DNA of 32,000 bases, taken from contig LT962688.1 of assembly GCA_900234795.1 (NCBI GenBank), positions 90,001 to 122,000 on the forward strand. Direction: 5' to 3'. The stretch comes from Methylorubrum extorquens. GTDB lineage: Bacteria; Pseudomonadota; Alphaproteobacteria; Rhizobiales; Beijerinckiaceae. The position numbers and the translations under genes were made by a program. The notes under the pieces are model-generated. The model did not search any database, was not told the origin of the DNA, and saw nothing but the letters and a program-made list of their open reading frames with translations. Positions 19,087 to 28,013 of the stretch are shown piece after piece. Every line of letters begins with the position of its first letter. The first letter of the stretch is position 1.

Positions 19087-19317
19087 GGTCTTGCCTGCGC
19101 CTCTCGTCGTTGAGCGCCCGCCACATACACAAATGTTGCGGTGCGGCAATCGCCGGCGGCTCAGTGTGAGCGACGACTGGGACGAATCGTGACGCGTTTC
19201 TCTCGGAAAGCCGGCCGGACCATGGCATCCCGCCGTTTCCGCGATCTCGGGCTGGACCGCGACGAGAGAGCGCTTGCCTCCGTCATGCGGTCGGCAGCTG
19301 CGCGACGAAAGGTCGTG

Positions 19318-20343
19318 TCAGCCGGCGAGCCGGCGCAACTCGCCGCGGGCGATGCCGACGAGGGTTCGGGTTGCGAGTGCGGCGATGCCGGCCGTGGCCA
19401 GGGCGAGCAGCGCCAGCGCCAGGAGGTCGGCGGGGACCGCGCGGACATGCTCGGCGTAGCGCAGGGCCGCCACCGCCATGGCAGCGAGCGGGAAGCTCAC
19501 CGCCCACCACGAGACGCGGAACGGGCAGCAGCGCGGCAGGTCGCGCAGGCGGCCGAGAAGGACCACGAACATGAACAGCCCGACGAGAAACAGCGCTTCG
19601 GCGAAGGCGTCGATCCGCCCGAAGGTCGCCGTGTAACTGGAGAAGCCGACGGCGAAGGGCGCGACCAGGATCATCAGCGTGGGCCGCTGGGCCGGCGGCA
19701 GCGGCTCCTCGAAGACGAGGCGGGCGAAGACCAGGGTGAAGAGCGGGCCGGCGAAGAACAGGCCGATGCTCAGCGCGGCCATCGCCAGCGTCTGCGTGTG
19801 GGGCAGGCCCAGTGCGGGCGCGGCGAGGGGGATGTCGAGGAGGCCGACCACCGGCACCATCCAGGCGGGCGTCGCGTGGGCGAGCTGCTGGCGGCTGCCC
19901 ATCCATCGGCTGACGATGAGGACGGCAAACAGGGCCATGCCGCCCGTGCCGACGATCCAGGCCGCCGCCGCGAGCGCCGGGCTGAGGTCGTGCAGCACGA
20001 ACGGCAGGAGCAGCAGGCTGATCAGGACGGTGCCGAACAGGTTGCCGGCGATCGGATGGCGGAACTCGGCCGTCACCGCCGGCCAGGCCGTAACCGCCTT
20101 CGCGCCGTAGGCCAGCGCGAGGGCGAGGAAGGTGAGGAGTGCGCCCCAGCCGATCGCGTCGGCAACGAGCGCGGGCAGGCCGTACCGCGCCGCCGCGAGG
20201 CGCCACGCGACGCTCAGGCCCGTCAGCCCCATCACGGAGCCGAACAGGGCGACCGGAAGGTAATCGAACCGCGGCACCGGGACGGCAGGCGCCTCCGTCG
20301 CCGCCGGGGCCAGGCGAGCGGCCATACCGCCGCCGTCAGACAC
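19318..20343 (-). CDS. TehA/SLAC1/Mae1 (TDT) family anion channel/transporter
   Basis: 341 aa with about 10 TM helices. The N-terminal motif LPVALFGSVMGLTGLSVAWRLAA resembles TehA (FGIVLGTIGMGFAWRYA). The start is GTG 20343 (8-nt overlap with the upstream stop) or ATG 20325. Confidence 0.8.
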   Translation of the reverse strand: MSDGGGMAARLAPAATEAPAVPVPRFDYLPVALFGSVMGLTGLSVAWRLAAARYGLPALVADAIGWGALLTFLALALAYGAKAVTAWPAVTAEFRHPIAGNLFGTVLISLLLLPFVLHDLSPALAAAAWIVGTGGMALFAVLIVSRWMGSRQQLAHATPAWMVPVVGLLDIPLAAPALGLPHTQTLAMAALSIGLFFAGPLFTLVFARLVFEEPLPPAQRPTLMILVAPFAVGFSSYTATFGRIDAFAEALFLVGLFMFVVLLGRLRDLPRCCPFRVSWWAVSFPLAAMAVAALRYAEHVRAVPADLLALALLALATAGIAALATRTLVGIARGELRRLAG

Positions 20344-22588
20344 CGGACAGGCGCGTCTTGGCGAGCGGCAGGCTGCGCACCCGCTGCCCCGTGAGCACCG
20401 CGACCGCGTTGACCACCGCGGGCGGCACGCCGGGTAGGCCCGGCTCGCCGATGCCGCCCATCGGCGCCCCGCTCTCGACGATGGCCACGTGCACCCTCGG
20501 CATCCGCGTGCGGTCGAGGATCGGATAGGTGTCGAAGTTCCGCGCCTGCCGCTGCCCGTTCTCGTAGACCACCTGTTCGAGAAGCGTGGAGGAGAGGCCG
20601 AGCGCCGCCGCGCTCTCGACCTGCCGCTTCACGATCGCCGGGTTGACGACACTGCCCGGATCGATGGCGATCCAGAGGTCGTGCACCCGCGCCTCGCCGT
20701 CCTCGAGCGAGACCTCGGCGATGGTGGCCGTCTCCGAGCCGAAGGGCGAGGCCATGGAGACGCCTCGCGCCCGGCGCGTGCCGTCCTCGGCCACGAAGGG
20801 TCCGCGCCGCCAGCCGCCTGCGAGTTCCGCCACTTTCCGCAGCAGGGTGGCGTGGCGCGCGCTGTTCGTCAGGAGCGCCATGCGCAGGTCGAACGGGTCC
20901 CGGCCCCCGGCCGCGGCGATTTCGTCGAGGAAGCTCTCGTAGAAGTAGTCGTTCATCGAGTGGCCGACCGAGCGCCAGAAGGCGATCGTGACGGGATGGG
21001 CCACCCGCACATAGTCGAGGCGCCGGTTCGGGATGGCGTAGGGCTTCTTGTCGAGACCCTCGACGACGGAGGAATCGACCGGCGACGTGAACAATGCGCC
21101 GAACCAGCGGCTGATCGGGCCCTCGCCCACGGCGGTGGTCTGGAGCGCCACCGGCATCCCGTCGGGCCCGAGCGCGGCTTTGAAGCGGGCAAAGCTGAGG
21201 GGCCGCACCGCGTCCATGCCGAACTCCTCTTCGCGCGACCACAGCACCCGCACGGGCCGGCCGGTCGCCTTGGCGAGCAGGATCGCCTGCGGGAAGGGGT
21301 TGGCCGGGCCGTAGGCGAAGTGGCGCCCGAAGAAGCCGCCGAGCATCGGCGAATGGATGCGCACCTGCTCCGGCTCCAGCCCCGCGGTCTTCGCGGCGAT
21401 CTGCTGGAACAGCTCCGGCATCTGGTTGGGCACCCACAGATCGAGGCTGCCATCCGCCGTGAACCGGGCGACCGCCGAGGGCGGTTCGAGCTGGGCATGG
21501 GCGAGGTAGGGCGCGTCGTATTCCGCTTCGATCACCTTGGCGGCGTTCGCGAAGGCCGCTCCCGGGTCGCCCTCCTGCTCGGCCGGGAGGCCGGGCTCGG
21601 TCGTGCTCTTAAGGGCCGCCAGCATCGCCGCCGAGGAGAAGGTGGCCGAGACGGTGGCGATGCCTTCCGGCGCGGGCTCGCTCCAGGTCACCTGAAGGGC
21701 CTCCGCACTCTTGCGCGCGCGCCACCACGAATCGGCGAGTACCGCCACCGCGCCGGGCAGGCGATGGACCGAGTGGACACCGGGCATCGCGCGGACTTCA
21801 GCCTCGTTGACGACCGCCCGCGGCTCGGTGCCGAGATGCGGCGCGTGCTGCACGGCGGCGTGCAGCATCGCGTCGAGGCGTATGTCGATGGCGTAGGTCG
21901 CCCGGCCCGTCGCCTTGTCGCGCATATCGAGCCGGGCCACCGGCCGGCCGATCCAGCGGAAGTCTTTCGGGTTCTTCAGCGCAACGTCGTCGCGCGGCAG
22001 GAGCGCCAGGGCAGCCTGTGCCACCTCGCCATAGCCGAGGGTCCGGCCGGAAGCGGCGTGAATCACGCGCCCGTCGTCGGTGGTCAGGCTGTCCTGCGGC
22101 ACGGCGAGCCGGGCGGCAGCGGCGCGCAGCAGCATCTCGCGGGCGGTGGCGCCGAGACGGCGCATCGCCTCGAAGCTGGAGCGGGTCGAGAAGCTGCCCC
22201 CGGTCATCCGCAGCCCGTTGACGACGGCGTAGTCGGGGCCGGGCGGAGCGCATTCCACAGCAAAGCGGGCGGGGTCGAGGTCGAGTTCCTCGCCGATGGT
22301 CTGGGCGAGGCCGGTATTGATGCCCTGGCCGCCCTCGACGAAGGGGCTGAGCAGGCGCACGTCGCCATCCGGACGGATTTCGAGGAAGGCGGCCACGCGG
22401 GTGCCGGGCTTTGCTGCCACCGCCGTCGGACCTTCCGCGCGGGTCTGGGCCACAGCTTCCTTCGACAGGTCGATGCCGAGCAGGAGGGCGCCCGAGGCGA
22501 TCCCGAGGAAGCCGCGCCGCGAGAGGTTGCGCACCGGCTCCGATGCAGGCCGGGCGGCGAGGCGGTGGTGGGGCGTGAGGTCGTTCAT
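20336..22588 (-). CDS. molybdopterin-binding subunit of an aldehyde oxidase/xanthine dehydrogenase-family enzyme (IorB-like) with Tat signal
   Basis: 750 aa. Tat motif NLSRRGFLGIASGALLLG. The overall pattern is that of isoquinoline 1-oxidoreductase beta / membrane-bound aldehyde dehydrogenase large subunits. It follows the 2Fe-2S subunit gene after 10 nt. Confidence 0.9.
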   Translation of the reverse strand: MNDLTPHHRLAARPASEPVRNLSRRGFLGIASGALLLGIDLSKEAVAQTRAEGPTAVAAKPGTRVAAFLEIRPDGDVRLLSPFVEGGQGINTGLAQTIGEELDLDPARFAVECAPPGPDYAVVNGLRMTGGSFSTRSSFEAMRRLGATAREMLLRAAAARLAVPQDSLTTDDGRVIHAASGRTLGYGEVAQAALALLPRDDVALKNPKDFRWIGRPVARLDMRDKATGRATYAIDIRLDAMLHAAVQHAPHLGTEPRAVVNEAEVRAMPGVHSVHRLPGAVAVLADSWWRARKSAEALQVTWSEPAPEGIATVSATFSSAAMLAALKSTTEPGLPAEQEGDPGAAFANAAKVIEAEYDAPYLAHAQLEPPSAVARFTADGSLDLWVPNQMPELFQQIAAKTAGLEPEQVRIHSPMLGGFFGRHFAYGPANPFPQAILLAKATGRPVRVLWSREEEFGMDAVRPLSFARFKAALGPDGMPVALQTTAVGEGPISRWFGALFTSPVDSSVVEGLDKKPYAIPNRRLDYVRVAHPVTIAFWRSVGHSMNDYFYESFLDEIAAAGGRDPFDLRMALLTNSARHATLLRKVAELAGGWRRGPFVAEDGTRRARGVSMASPFGSETATIAEVSLEDGEARVHDLWIAIDPGSVVNPAIVKRQVESAAALGLSSTLLEQVVYENGQRQARNFDTYPILDRTRMPRVHVAIVESGAPMGGIGEPGLPGVPPAVVNAVAVLTGQRVRSLPLAKTRLSGV

Positions 22589-22598
22589 CCCCGCCTCC

Positions 22599-23048
22599 TC
22601 AGGCCGCGGCCTGCCGCACGGCGGCGGCGATGGCGTTGTAGGTGCCGCAACGGCACAGATTGGTCATGGCTGCGGCGATCGCGTCCTCGGACGGTTTCGG
22701 CGTCTCCTTCAGGAGCCCCGTCGCGGCCATGACCTGACCCGACTGGCAGTAGCCGCATTGCGGCACCTCGATCCCGACCCAGGCCGCCACGACGCGGGCG
22801 CCGACCGGATCGGCCTCGATCGCCTCGATGGTGGTCACCGTTTGCGCACCGACGCTCTCGACCGGCATCTGGCAGGATCGGATCGCCTGCCCGTCGATGA
22901 GCACGGTGCAGGCACCGCACTGGCCGATGCCGCAACCGTATTTGGTGCCGGTGAGTCCGATGGTGTCACGCAGCGCGAATAGAAGCGGCGTGTCCGGCTC
23001 TACATCGATCGAATGTTGATGGCCATTGATCGAAAGGCTTATCATCAA
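22599..23048 (-). CDS. (2Fe-2S)-binding small subunit (IorA-like) of the Mo hydroxylase
   Basis: 149 aa. Plant-type cluster motif GCGIGQCGACTV and second cluster motif CGYCQSGQ...CRCGTY. Confidence 0.95.
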   Translation of the reverse strand: MMISLSINGHQHSIDVEPDTPLLFALRDTIGLTGTKYGCGIGQCGACTVLIDGQAIRSCQMPVESVGAQTVTTIEAIEADPVGARVVAAWVGIEVPQCGYCQSGQVMAATGLLKETPKPSEDAIAAAMTNLCRCGTYNAIAAAVRQAAA

Positions 23049-23238
23049 CCGACTCCCTCGAGTCTTCGCGTTTCAATATCCATGCTCGTCGGCGGCTTGG
23101 CAATTGGCAACGCCGTAAACACGGCAATTCCGGCCATCGAGGCGTAACGGTCCGTCCGACGCGCGGTCGGCGCGGGGGCGTTCGGGCTCCGCCCCGCCCC
23201 CGGAGAAGGACTTGATCCTTCCAAAACCCGGCCGTGGC

Positions 23239-24027
23239 TCAAGCTGCGCGGTAGCGTGCGGCCGGGACGGCGCTCGACAGATGCGGCAGCATGATCGCGC
23301 GTGCGGCCTCCCAGGCGTCCCATTCGGCCGCGTCCTGAAGCGACGGGATGGTGGCGAACTCGCCCCGGTCGAGGCCGGCCAGGGCCGCATCGACCAGATC
23401 CTCGGCGGACATCACCCACTCCTTCGGCAGGTTGCTCGAGGGCAAGCCGGCGACGTCCCAGAACTCGGTCCCGGTGGCACCGGGCAGCACCACCTGCACC
23501 GCGACCCCGGTGCCCGCGAGTTCCTTGCGCAGGGCGTGGCTGAAGCCGAGGACGAACGACTTCGAGCCGCCATAGACCCCGTTCAGGACCTCGGGGCCGA
23601 TGGCGACGATCGAGGCGATGTTGATGATCGTGCCCTGTCCGCGGCGCTTGAAGGCCGGCACCGCCGCGTAGGTCAGGCGCATCGGCGCGGTGACGTTGAT
23701 GGCGATCATCCGCTCCATCTCATCGACCGAGGCCGCGGCGAGCGGCGCGGCGGAGCCGAAGCCGGCATTGTTGACGAGATGCGTGATGCCCGCGTCGTCC
23801 TTCAGGATCGCCTCGACCGCGGCGAGCCCCGCCCGGTCCGTCAGATCGGCCTCGACGGTCCGAACCGACACGCCGTGGCGGCGGGTGAGATCCTCGGCGA
23901 CGGCGTCGAGCCGCGCCTTGTTGCGGGCGACGAGGATGAGGTCGTGGCCGCGCCCGGCGAAGCGGTCGGCGTAGACGGCGCCGATGCCGGAGGAGGCGCC
24001 GGTGATCAGCACGGTTCCCTGGGTCAT
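23239..24027 (-). CDS. SDR family oxidoreductase
   Basis: 262 aa. Cofactor motif TGASSGIG, NNAG, and catalytic YGGSK (YxxxK). Confidence 0.95.
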   Translation of the reverse strand: MTQGTVLITGASSGIGAVYADRFAGRGHDLILVARNKARLDAVAEDLTRRHGVSVRTVEADLTDRAGLAAVEAILKDDAGITHLVNNAGFGSAAPLAAASVDEMERMIAINVTAPMRLTYAAVPAFKRRGQGTIINIASIVAIGPEVLNGVYGGSKSFVLGFSHALRKELAGTGVAVQVVLPGATGTEFWDVAGLPSSNLPKEWVMSAEDLVDAALAGLDRGEFATIPSLQDAAEWDAWEAARAIMLPHLSSAVPAARYRAA

Positions 24028-24104
24028 GATCGTGGGTCCTGTCGTGAAGCGCGACCGGACTGCCCGGCGCTGGCGATGGCGTGACCCTACGCCTGGACGG
24101 CGAT

Positions 24105-24128
24105 GTCATGAATGACGTATAAACGTCA
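24105..24128. promoter_or_regulatory. overlapping inverted repeats in the SDR / glxA-like divergent promoter region (candidate operator)
   Basis: GTCAT-GA-ATGAC (24105-24116) overlaps TGACGT-ATAA-ACGTCA (24113-24128). It lies 27 nt upstream of the regulator ATG, in a locally AT-rich patch. Confidence 0.3.
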
Positions 24129-24154
24129 AAATAGGACATGCGGGGGAGGGCCGG

Positions 24155-25111
24155 ATGCGGCAGGTCGGGTTCATCCTCGAGGACGGGTTTCAGGTGATGG
24201 GGCTCGCCGCCCTGTCGGCGTTCGAGTTCGCCAACACGGATCTTGGCCGGGAGGCCTATGGGCTGCGCGTCATGTCGGAGCGGGGCGGCACCGTCCGCTC
24301 CTCGCTGCGCATCGGCATCGAGACCGTGCCGCTGGCGGAGGCCCCCGACACGCTGATGGTCGTCGGCGAGTTGCAGCCGCGCCCGCTCTCGCCGGGCCTG
24401 CGCGCCTACATCGCCGAGGCCGGCCGGACCTCGCGGCGCGTGGCCGGGCTCTGTACGGGGGCCTTCGCGCTGGCCGAGGCCGGGTTGCTCGACGGCCGGG
24501 TGGCAACGACCCACTGGGCCCATGCCCGCGACATGCAGGAGCGCTTCCCCCTGATCCGCGTCGATGACGACCGCATCTTCGTGGCCGACGGGAATGTCTG
24601 GACCTCGGCGGGGATGAGTGCGGCGATCGACCTGACGCTGGCGCTGATCGAGGACGACCACGGCGCGGAGCTCTCCCGCGCCATCGCCCGCAAGCTCGTC
24701 GTCTACCACCGCCGCCCCGGCGGTCAGTCACAATTCTCGGCCCTGCTCGAACTGGAGCCCCGCTCCGATCGAATCCGCCGTGCCCTCGTCTACGCCAAGG
24801 AGAACCTGCGCCGCCCTCTGACCGTCGAGGAGATGGCGGAGGCCGCGCGCGTCAGCCCGCGCCAGTTCAGCCGGGTGTTCCGCGAGGAGACGGGTCAATC
24901 CCCGGCCAAGGCGGTGGAGCGGCTCCGGCTCGAGGCCGCCAAGGCCATGCTCGAGGACGGCCGCCACTCCCTCGACGTGGTCGCGCGCGATACCGGCTTC
25001 ACCGACCGCGACCGCATGCGCCGCGCCTTCCTGCGCGCCTTCGGCCACCCGCCGCAGAGCTTGCGCCGGAGCCTGCGCCTGATCGAGGGCGGCGACGAGG
25101 CGGCCGGATGA
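24155..25111 (+). CDS. GlxA-family transcriptional regulator (DJ-1/PfpI-like N-terminal domain plus AraC HTH)
   Basis: 318 aa. GGGAGG lies 6-7 nt upstream. N-terminal amidotransferase-like fold (GLCTGAFALAEAGLLDGR...TTHW). C-terminal AraC HTH (LTVEEMAEAARVSPRQFSRVFREETGQSPAKAVERLRLEAAKAML). Confidence 0.95.
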   Translation: MRQVGFILEDGFQVMGLAALSAFEFANTDLGREAYGLRVMSERGGTVRSSLRIGIETVPLAEAPDTLMVVGELQPRPLSPGLRAYIAEAGRTSRRVAGLCTGAFALAEAGLLDGRVATTHWAHARDMQERFPLIRVDDDRIFVADGNVWTSAGMSAAIDLTLALIEDDHGAELSRAIARKLVVYHRRPGGQSQFSALLELEPRSDRIRRALVYAKENLRRPLTVEEMAEAARVSPRQFSRVFREETGQSPAKAVERLRLEAAKAMLEDGRHSLDVVARDTGFTDRDRMRRAFLRAFGHPPQSLRRSLRLIEGGDEAAG

Positions 25112-25152
25112 GGCCCGCGGCGCACCGCAACACGGCGTGGGCCGCCGGTCGC

Positions 25153-27855
25153 TCAGCCGGCAAGCCGTGGTGAAGACTCCTGGCCCGCATAGGCCATGAG
25201 TTCGTCCCGCAGATACGGTGCCGTCCGGCTCCCTCGCGCCTCGGCCACGTCCTCGGGATGGCCGGCCGCCACGACGGTGCCGCCGAGGTTTCCGGCGCCG
25301 GGCCCCACGTCGATGACGTGATCGGCTCCGGCGGCGACGCGCATGTCGTGCTCGACCATGACGACCGCGTTGCCCGCATCGACCAGGCCGTTGAGCTGGA
25401 GCATGAGGCGGTCCACGTCGGTCGGGTGTAGCCCGGTCGTCGGCTCGTCGAGGACGTAGAGCGTGCCCCCGCGCTGGCCCCTCTGAAGCTCCGTGGCGAG
25501 CTTGATGCGCTGGGCTTCCCCGCCGGAGAGTTCGGTCGCCGGCTGGCCCAGGCGCAGGTAGCCGAGGCCTAAATCTCGCAGCACGGCCAGGGGTCGCAAC
25601 ACGGACGGCTCGTCCGCGAAGGCGTCGCAGGCGCGCTCGACGGTGAGCCCGAGCACGTCCGCGATGGTCAGCCCGTTCCAGGTGACCTCCAGCGTCTCGG
25701 GCGCGTAGCGGGTGCCGTGGCAGGTCGGGCAGGGGGCGTAGACGCTCGGCATGAACAGGAGCTCGACGCTGACGAAGCCCTCGCCCTCGCAGGCCGGACA
25801 GCGGCCCTTCGCGACGTTGAAGGAGAAGCGGCCGGCGTCGTAGCGGCGCTTGCGTGCCTCGGGGGTGGCGGCGAACAGCTTGCGCACGGCGTCGAACAGG
25901 CCGGTATAGGTCGCGAGATTCGAGCGGGGCGTGCGTCCGATCGGCTTCTGATCGACCTTCACCAGACGCCGGATCCCGTCCATGCCGCCGACGATGCGCC
26001 CCTCCGTCGGGCCCGGCGCGTCGTCGAGCGGATCCTCCGGCTCGTCGTCGATCTCGACGGGCCGTCCGAGGCGGTCGCCGACGAGCTCCAGCAGGGCTTG
26101 GCTCACGAGGCTCGATTTGCCGGAGCCCGAGATGCCCGTCACGGCGGTGAGACAACCCAGCGGGAACGCGGCCGAGACCCCGCGCAGATTGTTGCGGACG
26201 ATGCCCTCCAGGCGCAGCCATCCGGAAGGCTCCCGTCGCGGGCGCTGCGGCGGCTCGGCCATGCCGAACAGGTGGAGACGCGTGCGCGACGCCTCCACGT
26301 TGCGCAGGCCTTCCGGCGGCCCGCTATAGAGCACGGTGCCGCCGTGCTCGCCCGCGGCCGGACCGACATCGACGAGCCAGTCGGCGCGGCGCATCGTGCC
26401 GATGTCGTGCTCGACGACGAATAGCGAATTGCCCGAGGCGAGCAGCCCGGCCAGCGCGTCGTGCATGGCATCGCCGTCGGCGGGGTGCAGCCCGGCCGTG
26501 GGCTCGTCGAGCACGTAGGCCACGCCGAAGAGCTGCGAGCGTAGCTGGGTGGCGAGACGCAGCCGCTGCAGCTCGCCCGAAGACAGGGTCGTGGTCACCC
26601 GGTCCAGCGACAGGTAGCCCAGACCCAGCTCCGTCAGCGTTCCGATCCGGTCGATGAGGTCGGCGGCGAGACGCTGGGCGGCCAGCCGCTTTTCGATGGA
26701 GAGGTTCGGCGTCGCGCGCACGTCCGGCGCGCCCGCATGGGCCGACGCCCCGGACGCGGCGCGCCGGGCGCGATCCTGCCGGCCCGTGTCGCGGTCGAGG
26801 GTCTCCGGCGCGGTGCCGTCGGCATCGTCGGGCAGCCGGTCCTCGGCGGCCGGCCGCATCGCTTCGGCCAGGTCGGCGAGCGGCATCCGCGACAGCTCGC
26901 CGATGTCCAGCCCCGCGAAGGTGACCGAGAGCGCCTCGGGCTTCAGGCGCTTGCCTTGGCAGACCGGGCAATCCTCGCTCACGAGGTAGCTCGCCGCCCG
27001 TCGGCGCATGAGGGCGCTCTGCGAATTGGTGAAGGTGCCGAGCACGTGGCGGCGGGCGCTCGTGAAGGTGCCCATATAGCTCGGCTCCAGGCGACGCCGG
27101 CGGGCCAGCCGCGTCTGCTCCGGGGAGAGCCCGGCATAGACCGGCTCCTGCGGCTGGTCGTCCGTGAACAGGATCCAGTCGCGCAACGCCCTCGGCAGGT
27201 CCTTCCAAGGCGTGTCGACATCGACGCCCCGGCTCACCAGGATGTCCCGCAGGTTCTGCCCGCCCCAGGCTTGCGGCCAGGCCGCGACGGCGCGCTCGCG
27301 GATCGTCAGCGAGGGGTCGGGCACCATCGACGCTTCCGTCGCCTGATAGACCCGTCCGAGCCCGCCGCAGGAGGGGCAGGCGCCCTGGGGCGTGTTCGGC
27401 GAGAAGTCCTCCGCGTAAAGCATCGGCTGGCCCGGCGGGTAGGAGCCGGCGCGCGAGTACATCATCCGCACCAGGCTCGACAGAGTGGTGACGCTGCCGA
27501 CCGAGGAGCGTGCGCTGGGCGTTCCGCGCTGCTGCTGGAGGGCGACCGCCGGGGGCAGGCCTTCGATGGAATCGACGTCGGGCACGCCGACCTGATCGAT
27601 CATCCGGCGCGCGTAAGGCGCGACCGATTCGAAGTAGCGCCTTTGGGCCTCCGCGTAGAGCGTACCGAAGGCGAGCGAGGATTTGCCGGAGCCCGAGACG
27701 CCGGTGAACACAACGAGGGCGTCGCGCGGCACTTCCACGTCGACGTCGCGCAGATTGTGCTCCCGGGCGCCCTTCACCGTGACGTAGCCCGGCCGTCCCG
27801 CGCCGGCCCGGGCGATCCTGACTCGTTCCTTGGGCTTGGCTTGGTCCATCGGCAT
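25153..27855 (-). CDS. UvrA-family ABC ATPase paralogue lacking the UvrB-binding domain
   Basis: The track ORF runs to 27873 (GTG); ATGs at 27855 and 27849 are likelier starts, with GAGGGA 5 nt before 27849. Two ABC modules are present: GVSGSGKSS and GISGSGKSS Walker [13 protein letters not shown] and [12 protein letters not shown] signatures. Zn-module cysteines are [24 protein letters not shown] and CPTCHG. Only about 20 aa lie between YSRAG and [13 protein letters not shown], where class I UvrA carries the ~140-aa UvrB-binding domain. Confidence 0.9.
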   Translation of the reverse strand: MPMDQAKPKERVRIARAGAGRPGYVTVKGAREHNLRDVDVEVPRDALVVFTGVSGSGKSSLAFGTLYAEAQRRYFESVAPYARRMIDQVGVPDVDSIEGLPPAVALQQQRGTPSARSSVGSVTTLSSLVRMMYSRAGSYPPGQPMLYAEDFSPNTPQGACPSCGGLGRVYQATEASMVPDPSLTIRERAVAAWPQAWGGQNLRDILVSRGVDVDTPWKDLPRALRDWILFTDDQPQEPVYAGLSPEQTRLARRRRLEPSYMGTFTSARRHVLGTFTNSQSALMRRRAASYLVSEDCPVCQGKRLKPEALSVTFAGLDIGELSRMPLADLAEAMRPAAEDRLPDDADGTAPETLDRDTGRQDRARRAASGASAHAGAPDVRATPNLSIEKRLAAQRLAADLIDRIGTLTELGLGYLSLDRVTTTLSSGELQRLRLATQLRSQLFGVAYVLDEPTAGLHPADGDAMHDALAGLLASGNSLFVVEHDIGTMRRADWLVDVGPAAGEHGGTVLYSGPPEGLRNVEASRTRLHLFGMAEPPQRPRREPSGWLRLEGIVRNNLRGVSAAFPLGCLTAVTGISGSGKSSLVSQALLELVGDRLGRPVEIDDEPEDPLDDAPGPTEGRIVGGMDGIRRLVKVDQKPIGRTPRSNLATYTGLFDAVRKLFAATPEARKRRYDAGRFSFNVAKGRCPACEGEGFVSVELLFMPSVYAPCPTCHGTRYAPETLEVTWNGLTIADVLGLTVERACDAFADEPSVLRPLAVLRDLGLGYLRLGQPATELSGGEAQRIKLATELQRGQRGGTLYVLDEPTTGLHPTDVDRLMLQLNGLVDAGNAVVMVEHDMRVAAGADHVIDVGPGAGNLGGTVVAAGHPEDVAEARGSRTAPYLRDELMAYAGQESSPRLAG

Positions 27856-27966
27856 CCCTCTCGGCGCCTCCACGGGGGGGCGCCGGACGCCCCCGCGCCG
27901 ACTAGAGGTTCGGGCGCGCGGAAGCTACCCGTGTGGGGGAATGGTGATCAGCGACGCAGCGTGGAG

Positions 27967-27984
27967 AAAAGCCGGCGGCCAGCT
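27967..27984 (-). terminator. weak intrinsic-terminator-like hairpin after the response regulator gene
   Basis: Minus-strand RNA is AGCUGG-CCG-CCGGCU (6-bp stem including one G-U pair, 3-nt loop) followed by UUUCUCC. It lies 30-47 nt past the stop at 28014. Confidence 0.25.
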
Positions 27985-28013
27985 ATCCATCCCGGCTTGC
28001 ATCCGGGCTTGCA

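Noticed and set aside
23097-23110. TTGGCAATTGGCAA upstream of the iorA-like gene, considered as a sigma-54 (-24/-12) promoter.
   Set aside because: The GG-N10-GC spacing is not satisfied on either strand. It is a tandem TTGGCAA direct repeat rather than a TGGCAC-N5-TTGC element. No EBP gene is nearby.
24728-26221. 497-aa minus-strand ORF, and other same-strand out-of-frame ORFs such as 10874..11995, 19283..20206, 20232..21437, 26324..27208 and 23720..24709.
   Set aside because: They overlap real genes (UvrA paralogue, ActC, TehA-like, IorB-like, GlxA antisense) in alternative frames. Their composition is dominated by Arg/Pro/Gly/Ala, as expected for off-frame translation of GC-rich codons.
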